Of a DNA stretch of 64,000 bases, positions 38,075-48,355 are shown one piece after another. Source of the DNA: a virus; the IMG/VR virus record IMGVR_UViG_3300029319_000010, positions 32,001 to 96,000 of that record; one strand, written 5' to 3'. Under the pieces are notes generated by a model, which saw only the letters and a program-made list of their open reading frames with translations, did not search any database and was not told where the DNA came from. A program made the translations under genes and the position numbers. How positions within the stretch are numbered: the stretch's first letter is position 1; each line of letters begins with the position of its first letter.

Positions 38075-38174
38075 TAGTTGCAGGTATTAATTTTAAACTT
38101 AGTAAGGAGTTTTATTGACTGTCCTGCACCGGAGTGAATACCGCATAAAACAGTCAATAGAAATTTAGATTAAT

Positions 38175-38207
38175 ATATAGGGGCACTTACTTGTCCCTAT
38201 ATTTTTT
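38175..38207 (+). terminator. Intrinsic terminator
   Basis: ATATAGGGGCA-N6-TGTCCCTATAT followed by a T-run. Confidence 0.75.
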
Positions 38208-38213
38208 AGAATT

Positions 38214-39167
38214 ATGATAAGCACAAAGAATCTCATATTAGATGGATCTAAAGTTCCAAGTACATGGGTGTTTGAGTTCTATCTGGATCTACCAGAAAGA
38301 CTGAATGGACAGAATGTGCAGATTAAATCTGTATTTCATCCGTCAGAAAGAACTCCAAGCATGTGGATATTTGTGGACAAAGGTCAATATAAGTTTAAAG
38401 ATTTTTCAACCGGTAAAGGTGGTAATAAAATTGATTTAGTTAAAGAGTTATTTAATATGGATTATTCTAAAGCTGTATTTAAAATAGGTCAAGATTATAA
38501 TAAGTTTATTTCAGATAAAGGTGTATACACACAGTCTACATTAAAACCAGAAGCAAAGTATAAAGTTGACAGTATAATGACAAGAGATTGGAAAAGGCAT
38601 GATGTAAAATTTTGGCTACAATTTAATATTGATGCAGCAATGTTAGATAAGTATAATGTAAAAGCACTTGAATATTATCATATGGTTAAAGGAGATAATA
38701 AGATAACTATTCAACAACCTTATATATATGGTTACTTTAGTAAGAATGATGTTTATAAGATCTACCAACCAAGAAATAAGAAGTTTAAATTTATTAAAGT
38801 TAAACCTCAACTTCAAGGTTTAGATCAGTTAGAGTATAATCAACCTTATCTTATTATATGTTCTTCTTTGAAAGATGCAATGTGTTTAAAACAATTTGGG
38901 TATAACATTGAAGTTATTGCTCCTGACTCAGAGAATACTATAATAAAACCTTATATTATTGAAAATCTTAAGAAAAAGTATAAAAAAGTTGTAACTTTAT
39001 TTGATAATGATGTTGCAGGACATAATGCAGTTCACAAGTACAGAGAGCTGTATAACATTTCTGGCACATGGTTATACAGTAGCAAAGACATTGCTGATCT
39101 TGTAAAAGAGAAAGGCTTTACTGATGCTCACAAAGAAATTAAAGTTAAACTTAAAAGTGTTTTATGA
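38214..39167 (+). CDS. DNA primase (DnaG-like, crAss-type)
   Basis: Degenerate Zn-binding domain (SVFHPSERTPS...FKDFSTG), KIYQP, TOPRIM-like LFDND, KDIAD. Confidence 0.8.
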   Translation: MISTKNLILDGSKVPSTWVFEFYLDLPERLNGQNVQIKSVFHPSERTPSMWIFVDKGQYKFKDFSTGKGGNKIDLVKELFNMDYSKAVFKIGQDYNKFISDKGVYTQSTLKPEAKYKVDSIMTRDWKRHDVKFWLQFNIDAAMLDKYNVKALEYYHMVKGDNKITIQQPYIYGYFSKNDVYKIYQPRNKKFKFIKVKPQLQGLDQLEYNQPYLIICSSLKDAMCLKQFGYNIEVIAPDSENTIIKPYIIENLKKKYKKVVTLFDNDVAGHNAVHKYRELYNISGTWLYSSKDIADLVKEKGFTDAHKEIKVKLKSVL

Positions 39168-39571
39168 AATGGTTTATACCAGGTAACGTACCAAGTAGTA
39201 AGAATGGACGTAGATGGACAGGTAAATATTTTATATCTAGCAAAGCTACTGCAAAGTATAGAAAGGATACAAAACAATACTATGTTAAATTAAGAAAGAG
39301 TTTTACTGAAGAACTCTCTAAATATAAGTTACCGGTTAAAATATCATTTAAATTCATCAGAGGTACCAAGCATAAGTTTGATTATATTAATCCTGCACAG
39401 ACAGTGCAAGATGATATGGTTAAAAACCATTGGATTGAAGATGATAATTGTAAATACATTATACCTGTATTTGAACCTTATGAATATGATAAGGAAAATC
39501 CTGGTGTAGAAATTAAGTTAATAAAAGATGGAAACAAAACTAAAAAGAAACATAGCAGTTCAAGTGATTAA
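39164..39571 (+). CDS. RusA-like Holliday junction resolvase
   Basis: VPSSKN, FDYIN...DD...IEDDN, PGVEI. Confidence 0.7.
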   Translation: MKWFIPGNVPSSKNGRRWTGKYFISSKATAKYRKDTKQYYVKLRKSFTEELSKYKLPVKISFKFIRGTKHKFDYINPAQTVQDDMVKNHWIEDDNCKYIIPVFEPYEYDKENPGVEIKLIKDGNKTKKKHSSSSD

Positions 39572-39905
39572 AGATCACAATATAGCAAAAATAGAAGTAG
39601 ATTATAGTGGTGGTGGTGATGATGGATGTATAGATGACGTTAGATATGAAGACATTGATGAAAATAAGATTGATATTCTCATGGAACCTGATGTATCAGC
39701 AGAATGGGATGATTTAATATATGATATGTTAAGTCACCACATAGAGTGGGATTGGATTAATAATGAGGGAGGATATGGTCAAATGATGATTGATTGTACA
39801 AAAACTCCTTGGAAAGTTAATATTAATCATTCACAACGTGTTTTAGAAGATCATTACTATGATGATATAGATTTTGATACTGATAAAAAACAACATTTCT
39901 TTTAA
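39528..39905 (+). CDS. DUF6878-like protein
   Basis: YSGGGDDG and DWINNEGGYG. Confidence 0.65.
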   Translation: METKLKRNIAVQVIKDHNIAKIEVDYSGGGDDGCIDDVRYEDIDENKIDILMEPDVSAEWDDLIYDMLSHHIEWDWINNEGGYGQMMIDCTKTPWKVNINHSQRVLEDHYYDDIDFDTDKKQHFF

Positions 39906-40252
39906 TGGCACATCCAAATATTCATGCCAAGTCTTCTGTAAAGAAGTTTGGTGGGTGTCCTGATGATTACATACATATACATAACTGGTTAGATGCAACA
40001 AAAAGTTGGGTGGGCAATCACTTACACAGAATGTTTCGTCATCACAGTGAAGGTATATTTGAATGTGAAAGAAAATTTGGACCAGTATTCACAAATTCAG
40101 ATGGTAAACCTGTTTATACAAGATATGTTGCAGAGCAGCATGTAAGAGAGGATTGTAATAATTACATTCCCTCTGCAAAAGAATGGTTGGACAATATTCA
40201 CAAGAAAAAGCTACCCTTGTGGATGATTAAAACAATGAAAATCAATGATTAG
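39905..40252 (+). CDS. DUF6915-like protein
   Basis: HAKSS...HNWLD...HRMFRHHSEGI...AEQHVRED. Confidence 0.75.
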   Translation: MAHPNIHAKSSVKKFGGCPDDYIHIHNWLDATKSWVGNHLHRMFRHHSEGIFECERKFGPVFTNSDGKPVYTRYVAEQHVREDCNNYIPSAKEWLDNIHKKKLPLWMIKTMKIND

Positions 40253-40667
40253 TTTAGAAGAATATAAAAAATTAAGAGAACTTCTCCATGGATCTGATGA
40301 AGATTATGAGGTTGCATGTGAGAATATAAAGAACATAAAAGAAATAACATCTGTTACAAAAATGTTATTTGCTAAATCTTTGGCGTTTGGTAGAAGACAA
40401 GCTTTTTGTGAAAAGTTTAAGATAGACTACCATGGTATTAAAGAATGGAATAAAATGTTTAAAGATCTTAATAATACTTTAGGTATAAGAACTGAACAAG
40501 AGATTATAGAGTTTGAAGTACATAAACAAATGCTTCCTGTCTTTACAAGTACTTGGAGTTTTATTAAAGATGTTAAGATTAAACTTGATTGGGAGCATGA
40601 GCTACCAATTGAACCAGTTAGTAAAGAGGATCAACGTGAAATAGATAAAATAGTAAATAATTTATAA
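40245..40667 (+). CDS. Hypothetical helical protein
   Basis: 140-aa ORF; shares a helical motif with 43099 and 44154. Confidence 0.6.
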   Translation: MISLEEYKKLRELLHGSDEDYEVACENIKNIKEITSVTKMLFAKSLAFGRRQAFCEKFKIDYHGIKEWNKMFKDLNNTLGIRTEQEIIEFEVHKQMLPVFTSTWSFIKDVKIKLDWEHELPIEPVSKEDQREIDKIVNNL

Positions 40668-41833
40668 TGGACATACAAGATAAACTAGCAAGAGCTTGTA
40701 AGTCACTAATATTAAGAGAGCCCTTTTATGGGCTCTTTCTTATTGGGCTTAACAAGAAAATAAGAAAGGACGTCCCAACAGCGGGTGTCAGTAAAAATGG
40801 TATAGGTATACAACTATCTATCAACCCTGATTTCTTTATGGGATTACCAGATGAACACCAGATAGGTCTACTTAAACATGAACTACTGCACGTTTCATTT
40901 GGACATCTTATGATGAGAGACTCTTATCCTAACAAGAAGTTATTTAATATTGCTGCAGATCTTGAGATCAATCAGTATATAGATAGTAACATGCTTCCTG
41001 AAGGTGGTTTGACTCTAGATAGTTTTGCTGAACTAAAGCTACCAAAGAAAGCTGGTACTAAAAAGTATTATGATTTATTGGAACAAGAGTGCAAGGATAA
41101 TCCTTGTCAGTCACTACAATCTATATTAGATCAGATGGATGGTGATAGTCAGTATGATCATAAGACATGGGAAGAGTTTGAAGATCTTACAGAAGCAGAG
41201 AAGAAGCTAGTTGAAAAACAAATTGAACATCAACTAAAAGAAACTGCAGAACAAACTGAAAAGAGAAGAGGAACTATTCCCGGTGAGTTAGCTGAATTAA
41301 TTAAAAAGCTAAGAACCATACATCCTCCATCATTTGATTGGAAAGGTTATTTAAAAAGATTTGTGGGTAACTCCGTGTTTACTTTCACAAAGAAGTTGAG
41401 AAGAAAATTCAACAAAAGGTATACAGATAATCCAGGTCTTAAGATTAAACACAAGAATCATATATTGATTGGTGTTGATACTTCTGCATCTGTTAACACG
41501 AAGGAACTAGAACACTTTATGAGTGAGATGGTTCATGTACAAAAGACGGGACATCAGATAACTGTAGCACAATGTGACACAGGTATTAGTGATATATCCC
41601 CCTTTAATAGTAAAAAGGATTGGCAAATAAAAGGTAGAGGAGGTACATGCTTCCAACCGGTTATTGACCACTTCAATGAAATGAGAGGTAGATATACTGC
41701 CCTTATATATTTAACAGATGGTGAAGCACCTGCTCCAGAGAACTGTCCAAAGAACACATTATGGGTTCTTAGTGCAAGATCTCAGTGGACAGATCATTTA
41801 CCAGGGAAAACAATACAATTAAACACGCATTAG
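40667..41833 (+). CDS. Metallopeptidase + VWA domain protein (DUF2201-like)
   Basis: HELLH (HExxH), NIAADLEIN, DTSAS (MIDAS), GRGGT, YLTDG. Confidence 0.85.
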   Translation: MDIQDKLARACKSLILREPFYGLFLIGLNKKIRKDVPTAGVSKNGIGIQLSINPDFFMGLPDEHQIGLLKHELLHVSFGHLMMRDSYPNKKLFNIAADLEINQYIDSNMLPEGGLTLDSFAELKLPKKAGTKKYYDLLEQECKDNPCQSLQSILDQMDGDSQYDHKTWEEFEDLTEAEKKLVEKQIEHQLKETAEQTEKRRGTIPGELAELIKKLRTIHPPSFDWKGYLKRFVGNSVFTFTKKLRRKFNKRYTDNPGLKIKHKNHILIGVDTSASVNTKELEHFMSEMVHVQKTGHQITVAQCDTGISDISPFNSKKDWQIKGRGGTCFQPVIDHFNEMRGRYTALIYLTDGEAPAPENCPKNTLWVLSARSQWTDHLPGKTIQLNTH

Positions 41834-41834
41834 A

Positions 41835-43097
41835 ATGGCACAAGTAAATTTAAATATTGATGAATTAAAAGGTTTTGTAAACCATATAATAAAGAATAAT
41901 AGATTCTTACAAGAGCAAGGGAAGAACCCGGTTGCTGTAGAAGTAGTTGGTGAATCAGGTATTGGTAAGACATCTGCTGTACTAGATCTAGCTAAAGAAA
42001 ATGATTTAGATTTTGTTAAGCTTAATCTTGCACAGATAGAAGAATTAGGTGACTTAGTTGGTTTTCCTGTTAGACAATTTCAAATGTATAGAGAGAAGCA
42101 AGTATCTAAGAAGATTGATGATCTTCAGTATACAGTAGCTCAGAAAGCTGCAGCATCTGCACAAGTTGCAGACTCTACCATGACTAAGAAGATTGGTCAA
42201 TGGGTTGATGAACTTGCAGTTGAAGAGTATCTTAGAAAAGGATGGAAGATGACCGGTAAAAATAGAATGTCTTACTGTGCACCAGAGTGGATTGCTGATA
42301 AGAAGAAAGGTGGTATCCTGCTTCTTGATGATTGGAACCGTGCAGATGTTAGATTTATTCAGGCTGTAATGGAGTTGGTTGACAGACAGCAGTATATATC
42401 ATGGTCTTTACCGGCTGATTGGCATATTATACTAACTAGTAATCCAGATAATGGTGACTACATGGTTAATAGTATTGACTCAGCACAAAAGACTAGATAT
42501 ATTACTGCTAACCTGAAGTTTGATGCAAATGTTTGGGCAAGATGGGCTGAAGAGCAGCACATAGACACACGTTGTATTAACTTCCTGTTACTACATCCTG
42601 AGTTAGTAAATAAAGAAACTAATGCAAGATCCATCACAGCATTCTTTAACTCTATTTCAAGTTTTGAAAAGTTTGAAGATGACTTAAGTATGATCCAAAT
42701 GATTGGTGAAGGTTCTGTTGGGGACACATTTGCTTCTATGTTTACTACGTTTATTAACAACAAGCTGGATAAGCTGGTCACACCTAAAGATATGTTAACA
42801 CATGATAACCAAGATTGGGTTATTGGAGAATTAAATAGTGTTCTAGGAAAAGGTGACACATATAGAGCAGATATTGCATCTACTCTTGCAACAAGGTTGG
42901 CTAATTATTCAGTTGTTTATGCTAATGAAAATACTGTAACACCAAAGATCAATGAAAGATTGATAGCATTATGTACTAAAGATGTATTTGCTAATGATTT
43001 GAAGTATCTTATTGTTAGAACTATTTTCAACGGTAATAAAACTAAGTTTAACAAAATGATGATGAATCCAGAAATCATCAAAATGACAATGAAATAA
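41835..43097 (+). CDS. MoxR-like AAA+ ATPase
   Basis: GESGIGKT, LLLDDWNRA, TSNP; adjacent to the VWA protein. Confidence 0.8.
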   Translation: MAQVNLNIDELKGFVNHIIKNNRFLQEQGKNPVAVEVVGESGIGKTSAVLDLAKENDLDFVKLNLAQIEELGDLVGFPVRQFQMYREKQVSKKIDDLQYTVAQKAAASAQVADSTMTKKIGQWVDELAVEEYLRKGWKMTGKNRMSYCAPEWIADKKKGGILLLDDWNRADVRFIQAVMELVDRQQYISWSLPADWHIILTSNPDNGDYMVNSIDSAQKTRYITANLKFDANVWARWAEEQHIDTRCINFLLLHPELVNKETNARSITAFFNSISSFEKFEDDLSMIQMIGEGSVGDTFASMFTTFINNKLDKLVTPKDMLTHDNQDWVIGELNSVLGKGDTYRADIASTLATRLANYSVVYANENTVTPKINERLIALCTKDVFANDLKYLIVRTIFNGNKTKFNKMMMNPEIIKMTMK

Positions 43098-43098
43098 G

Positions 43099-44157
43099 AT
43101 GGCAAAAGTTTATAATTGTACTTTCAGTGCTATAAAGGAACAGTTAGAAGACTTTGGTTTAGATGGGCAGCCTGTATATCAGGTTGCTCTATCTAGGCAA
43201 AGTTGGGATATGGGTCAAGCTATATTCTGTAACCTTAATAACACTTATAAAGTATTTCAAAACATGTTTGATCGTGAGATAGATGTAGTAGATCTAACTC
43301 AATATAAGAAAGCTTTTATACTTCCAGGATGTCCGGTTTCATTACCTAGAATGAAGGAAGCATTAAGAGAGCATAAGATTACTGTAACAAATGATTTTAA
43401 TAAAGCTGATTGTTTTATAACTCATGATGAATATGGTCAATATCATTGTGATGGTGAGTCAATTAGAATTAATAGTATGCTATTCAAAGCTATGAACTAT
43501 GAAGCTATGGATATTAGTACAAGTATAGATTTAGCTAATAATCAAGGTGAACCAAATGTTGATGCTAATATTCCAATTGTATTTGATAGTAAGATGGCTG
43601 AGACATATAGCAGAAGTAGTATTGACTATGATGCAGATTTATATGAGTCTTATGTATTTACTCCTTTAGCTGTTCAGATTGCTTATAGAATTAGACATGA
43701 ACAAATACCTGTTATATATGCTGGTACATGTTTAAATGAATCAGCAAACAAAACGGTTCTTGATAATCAATTAATGGATGATATGATTAGAATGATTAAG
43801 GATGGTAGTTCTGAAGAGCGTGAGCTTGTTAAGAAAATGGTTCCTGCTATTGACTATAGAAAGAAGAAACACCTTCTATGGAATATGGCAAGAGAAGTTA
43901 GTGGTTATATGTATATGTTTAATAGAGATAAAGACATGAACTATTGGATAGATAAATCTAACTTTACTAAATATTCACGTGCAACTGCTGAAGATATGAT
44001 TAAGTATCTTGAAGAAGAAGAATACCTTGATTCAGAATCATTTAGATATCTTGAACCTATTGTTCGTAAAGAGATTGTTATTAGTAATAGAGACTTATAT
44101 ACATTTAAGGTACAAGTTAAAGAAGAGTATAGAAAATATTTAAAACCAAAGATATGA
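43099..44157 (+). CDS. Hypothetical protein (paralog of 44154; possible BRCT-like region)
   Basis: FILPGCPVSLPRMK...TNDFNKADCFIT. Confidence 0.6.
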   Translation: MAKVYNCTFSAIKEQLEDFGLDGQPVYQVALSRQSWDMGQAIFCNLNNTYKVFQNMFDREIDVVDLTQYKKAFILPGCPVSLPRMKEALREHKITVTNDFNKADCFITHDEYGQYHCDGESIRINSMLFKAMNYEAMDISTSIDLANNQGEPNVDANIPIVFDSKMAETYSRSSIDYDADLYESYVFTPLAVQIAYRIRHEQIPVIYAGTCLNESANKTVLDNQLMDDMIRMIKDGSSEERELVKKMVPAIDYRKKKHLLWNMAREVSGYMYMFNRDKDMNYWIDKSNFTKYSRATAEDMIKYLEEEEYLDSESFRYLEPIVRKEIVISNRDLYTFKVQVKEEYRKYLKPKI

Positions 44158-45413
44158 CAGATTTAAAACAATTATGGTTAATTGATATTGACCCAAATAA
44201 AATGGACACAGTAAATAATACTTTAGTAATGCAAAGTGGTTGTCTTAAAGTAAAACAATTGGGTCATTATATAGAATCAGCTAAGAATAGTGGTGGGTAT
44301 AGAAAGAGTTCTAATACAAAGATTAAAGAGATAATGAATGATATTGGAACTATTACATCTGATGATCTTAAAAATGCTAATTCATTATATAGATTTCCTA
44401 GACTTAGTTTATCAAGAGATAAAGTAAAGGTACTACAAGAAAAGTTTGATCTTAAGTTGAAAAGAGATTTTCACCAGGCAGACTATGGTATTGTATCTGA
44501 GAAGTATTTTGATGGATTATTTGTTACTAGATGGCTTGCTAAAGCAGATGTTGCAGATGTACTTTCTTGGGCACAAACTTATCAAGATTGTTTTGAAGAG
44601 GATCTTTTTGATGAAATTGTAAATGATTTAAACAAGATACCTGCAGATGCTTATATTGTATTTGAGTCAGAATGGTTTAGTTCATATTACCACGATGGTG
44701 CTAGTAATATTGATAGATATTCTAAGATGGCTGAAAAAGCAAGAAACATAGGTAGAAATACTCAATATCATTATTACATTGAATCATTAGATCAGTGGAA
44801 TGATATACAAGCTAATATGTCTAAACTTGTTTGGGACAGCAATATGAATGATCTTGCTACAGAAGACTCTGAAGTATTAACAGAAGAGATGTATATACAA
44901 CTTAAAACTATGCTTGGTTGGGAAAAGACTGAAAGTGGTTGTGGTTGGCAAGGTACTAGAGACAAAGAGAATATGAATCTAGCTTTGAGCATTATTGCTA
45001 ATTGTAATATTCAAAAGTCTCATACATATATAGCTTTATTATTTTCATTCTTAAGTGACTCTATGAAAGATTCATCTGTTTGGAATACTGTTAACTTTAA
45101 ATCTGTAAGAAAGAAGTTTGATAAGTATATACAAATGAATGGTTGGAACTGGTGTCATAGTTATAATTATTTAATTGAATATTTAATTAAAGATAATGCA
45201 TTAACTGAATACGCTTGGAAAGAAATTGCTCAGAAGATGTATGATGATGTATTGTCATCTCAGATGGGTGTTGATAGTAAAAATCATTTTAGTATTAGTC
45301 CTGATAGTATTCAATTAAAACCGGAACTTAAAGAAAAGGTTATACCAAGTCAAGAAGAACTTCAGTATATGGAAGATCTTGTTGATATGCACACTGAATC
45401 ACATAGATTATGA
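44154..45413 (+). CDS. Hypothetical protein (paralog of 43099)
   Basis: YRFPRLSLSRDKVK...RDFHQADYGIV. Confidence 0.6.
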   Translation: MTDLKQLWLIDIDPNKMDTVNNTLVMQSGCLKVKQLGHYIESAKNSGGYRKSSNTKIKEIMNDIGTITSDDLKNANSLYRFPRLSLSRDKVKVLQEKFDLKLKRDFHQADYGIVSEKYFDGLFVTRWLAKADVADVLSWAQTYQDCFEEDLFDEIVNDLNKIPADAYIVFESEWFSSYYHDGASNIDRYSKMAEKARNIGRNTQYHYYIESLDQWNDIQANMSKLVWDSNMNDLATEDSEVLTEEMYIQLKTMLGWEKTESGCGWQGTRDKENMNLALSIIANCNIQKSHTYIALLFSFLSDSMKDSSVWNTVNFKSVRKKFDKYIQMNGWNWCHSYNYLIEYLIKDNALTEYAWKEIAQKMYDDVLSSQMGVDSKNHFSISPDSIQLKPELKEKVIPSQEELQYMEDLVDMHTESHRL

Positions 45414-46396
45414 TAGATAAAATTAAAGAAGATCTGTTTTACAAGGGAGAGTTTAGCTTTAGCTACTCTTCCTTAAACAGGTTATTGTTTTCACCCAAAC
45501 TCTTTTATAGAGATTATATTCTTAAAGAAAGGGAACTTAAGATGGAAAAACATCTTATTGAAGGTAGGTTAGTACACTTACTTCTTCTTGAGCCAGACCG
45601 GTTTGATGAAGAGTTTAAAGTAGTGCCTACTAGAATTCCTTCAGACTCTCTTCGTAAAGTATTGTATGATATTAGTCAACACACTGATCTTACAGAACTT
45701 AGTATTATAGATGACAAAATAATATTGCAATCACTTAAAAATGTTGGTCTATACCAATCGTTGAAAGATGAATCTAAACGTATTGCTAAAGTACGCACTA
45801 TAGAATGTGAAGATTATTATGGTTTCAAGACAAACTCAAAAGGTTTAGAAGTTATTGATAATGACATGTTAACCAGAGCAACAGAAAGAGTTGATATAAT
45901 AAAGTCTAACAAAGATGTTATGGCTTTACTTATGGAACAAGGTACTGATTGGGATTTAGATCATATTCAAGTATATAATGAGAAGAAATTAAACTGTGAT
46001 TTAAATAATTACAAGTTTGGTTTAAAAGGTATTATAGATAAGTATATAATTGATGATGAATCAAAGACAATAACTATTGTAGATCTTAAAACTACTGCAA
46101 AACCATTAGAAAACTTTGCAGAAACTGTAGATTTTTACAATTATTGGCTTCAAGCAGCTATATATTCATTGCTTGTTATTAAAAATGTTGATGAAAGACA
46201 ACAGGATTATAAAATTATTTTTAAATTTGTAGCTATAGATAAGTATGATCAAGTCTATACATTTCCTGTATCAGAGTCAACACTACTAAGATGGATGAAT
46301 GAATTAAATAGAGCATTAAAACTAGCAAATTATCATTACAGTGAAAGAAGATATGACTTACCATATGAATTTGCAAACGGTAATGTAATACTATGA
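45410..46396 (+). CDS. PD-(D/E)XK exonuclease (RecE/ExoVIII-like)
   Basis: SYSSL, GRLVH, KGIID, IVDLKT, YWLQAAIY. Confidence 0.8.
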   Translation: MIDKIKEDLFYKGEFSFSYSSLNRLLFSPKLFYRDYILKERELKMEKHLIEGRLVHLLLLEPDRFDEEFKVVPTRIPSDSLRKVLYDISQHTDLTELSIIDDKIILQSLKNVGLYQSLKDESKRIAKVRTIECEDYYGFKTNSKGLEVIDNDMLTRATERVDIIKSNKDVMALLMEQGTDWDLDHIQVYNEKKLNCDLNNYKFGLKGIIDKYIIDDESKTITIVDLKTTAKPLENFAETVDFYNYWLQAAIYSLLVIKNVDERQQDYKIIFKFVAIDKYDQVYTFPVSESTLLRWMNELNRALKLANYHYSERRYDLPYEFANGNVIL

Positions 46397-46947
46397 AGAA
46401 AATTTATGAATCTTATTTTCAAAAGAGCAAGGTGTTTTTATACCCCTTGCTCAATATACCTAAAGGTGTTAGATTTGTACCCAGTCAAACATATTTAACT
46501 TGGGAGGATCAGTTTGATCTATCTAGATATAAACTAATAGCACTTTATAAAATTAATCCTGACTGTAAAGACTTTCAACCATTTCATAAAGAAACATTAA
46601 AAGCTAATCCTTTTTATGAATATTATGAAAAAATAGATAAAGAATCTCATATATATGTATTTAGCATAGCTAGCTATAAAAATGATATAAATAAATTTAT
46701 TAAAGGTCAGTATTCAAAAATGACAAAAAAAACTAAAAAAATAATTACTAAGTTTTTTGGAGCTTCTGGCACTATATCAGAATATATTGAAAGTTATCTT
46801 TATCCTGAAAAATATTTTGAAATTTATTCAGATATACTTAATGTACCTGTAGAAGATTTAGAAAATGTAGGAGAGCTTTGTGATAAACCAGATTTAGAAA
46901 GAGAAACATTTAAAAATATTTTGGTTGCACTAAGTTTATTTAAATAA
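46393..46947 (+). CDS. Hypothetical protein
   Basis: 184-aa ORF; FLYPLL and GQYSKM. Confidence 0.65.
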   Translation: MKKIYESYFQKSKVFLYPLLNIPKGVRFVPSQTYLTWEDQFDLSRYKLIALYKINPDCKDFQPFHKETLKANPFYEYYEKIDKESHIYVFSIASYKNDINKFIKGQYSKMTKKTKKIITKFFGASGTISEYIESYLYPEKYFEIYSDILNVPVEDLENVGELCDKPDLERETFKNILVALSLFK

Positions 46948-46983
46948 TTTATATATATTTGTAAAAACTAAAAATCAATAACT

Positions 46984-47415
46984 ATGGCTAATAAAGTAGA
47001 AAAATCAATGATGCTCGTTAAGAGTTCTTTTGGTCCAATGAAAAGCTTCAAGCTTATGCCTATCTCTAATGATTGTCCTTTTGTAGAATGTTTATTCTCA
47101 CCATCTGAAAAAATTATGGTGATTATATCTAAAGTAAAGAAACAATCTTATCATATGGTTGCAAAATTAGATGATAATGGAGATGAGGTACCTGTTAAAG
47201 GTAAACCAAGAGCAAATGGAAAGAAAGTCAAAGAAGAAAGAAGAATGGTTGATACCTTCTCTGAGCACTATATAGTGACAGAAGAAGAGATTAGAGAGAT
47301 AATCAACATGTTTGCAATCAATCCAAAAGCTTTTGATCTTGATGAATTTTTCAGTTTAGAAACTGGATCTAATCTTATTACTCCAAAAATGGAGCCTATA
47401 ACTACAAAAGCGTGA
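46984..47415 (+). CDS. Hypothetical protein
   Basis: 143-aa ORF preceded by TATATTTG (46954). Confidence 0.65.
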   Translation: MANKVEKSMMLVKSSFGPMKSFKLMPISNDCPFVECLFSPSEKIMVIISKVKKQSYHMVAKLDDNGDEVPVKGKPRANGKKVKEERRMVDTFSEHYIVTEEEIREIINMFAINPKAFDLDEFFSLETGSNLITPKMEPITTKA

Positions 47416-47600
47416 TCAAGTTTATAAAAACATTAGCTGGTATGCTACTATTAAGTTTACTAGTTATAGTATTTATAATACTTGTTATATTTAAAGTTAT
47501 AGTTATTACTGTAACTTATATAGAAAACTCTTTGTGTGAAATGATAAAAAAATGTTTGGGCACTGATCTTTAGTGCTTGGTTGTTTGTTTTCATTTTTAG

Positions 47601-47633
47601 GGAGGTTGTGTCATGGCAACCTCCTTTTTTTTT
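47601..47633 (+). terminator. Intrinsic terminator
   Basis: GGAGGTTG-N8-CAACCTCC followed by T9. Confidence 0.85.
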
Positions 47634-47644
47634 AAATTAAAATT

Positions 47645-48355
47645 ATGAATGTAAAAGAAATACAAGAAAAATTTATGAATAAGCTCTCAGATGCTGCTGA
47701 GAGTCCATATGAAAGCTGGGTAGATGCACTTTGGAATACAGTAAATTCTAAAGCATTCTCTGATCCACTATTAGAATTAGCTAAAGAAGTTGATAATGGT
47801 AAGAAGTTTACACCAAAATTTCCTGATTTACTTAAAGCATATGAGATGTGTCCATATAGAGATCTTAAAGTTGTTATTGTTGGACAAGATCCATACCCTC
47901 AAGAAGGAGTTGCTGACGGAATAGCATTTAGTTGTTCAAAGACTAACAAGGAACAACCATCATTAAGGTACATCTTTGATGAATTACAAAGACAGTATCC
48001 AGATGCAACCAGAGACTGTGATCTAAGTAGATGGTCTAAGCAAGGCGTGCTTATGTTAAACACAGCACTTACATGTGAAGTAGATAACATTGGGGCTCAT
48101 GTTAATATATGGAAGCATTGGAGTCAATGTATATTTGGACATATTTTAACTGATCATCCAAAGATACTTGAGTTTGTATTTATGGGTGCTAAAGCAAAAC
48201 CATTTGCAAAATCTATTTCTAATGATCATAATAAACATTTTGTTGCACATCCTGCAGCTGCTGCATACCGTGGTGGTAAATGGGATTCAGACAATCTATT
48301 TAAAAAAATAAATGAAAACTTAATTAATAATGGTGAAGAACCAATAAATTGGTAA
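47645..48355 (+). CDS. ung: Uracil-DNA glycosylase (family 1)
   Basis: VVIVGQDPY, ADGIAFS, QGVLMLN, HPAA. Confidence 0.9.
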   Translation: MNVKEIQEKFMNKLSDAAESPYESWVDALWNTVNSKAFSDPLLELAKEVDNGKKFTPKFPDLLKAYEMCPYRDLKVVIVGQDPYPQEGVADGIAFSCSKTNKEQPSLRYIFDELQRQYPDATRDCDLSRWSKQGVLMLNTALTCEVDNIGAHVNIWKHWSQCIFGHILTDHPKILEFVFMGAKAKPFAKSISNDHNKHFVAHPAAAAYRGGKWDSDNLFKKINENLINNGEEPINW

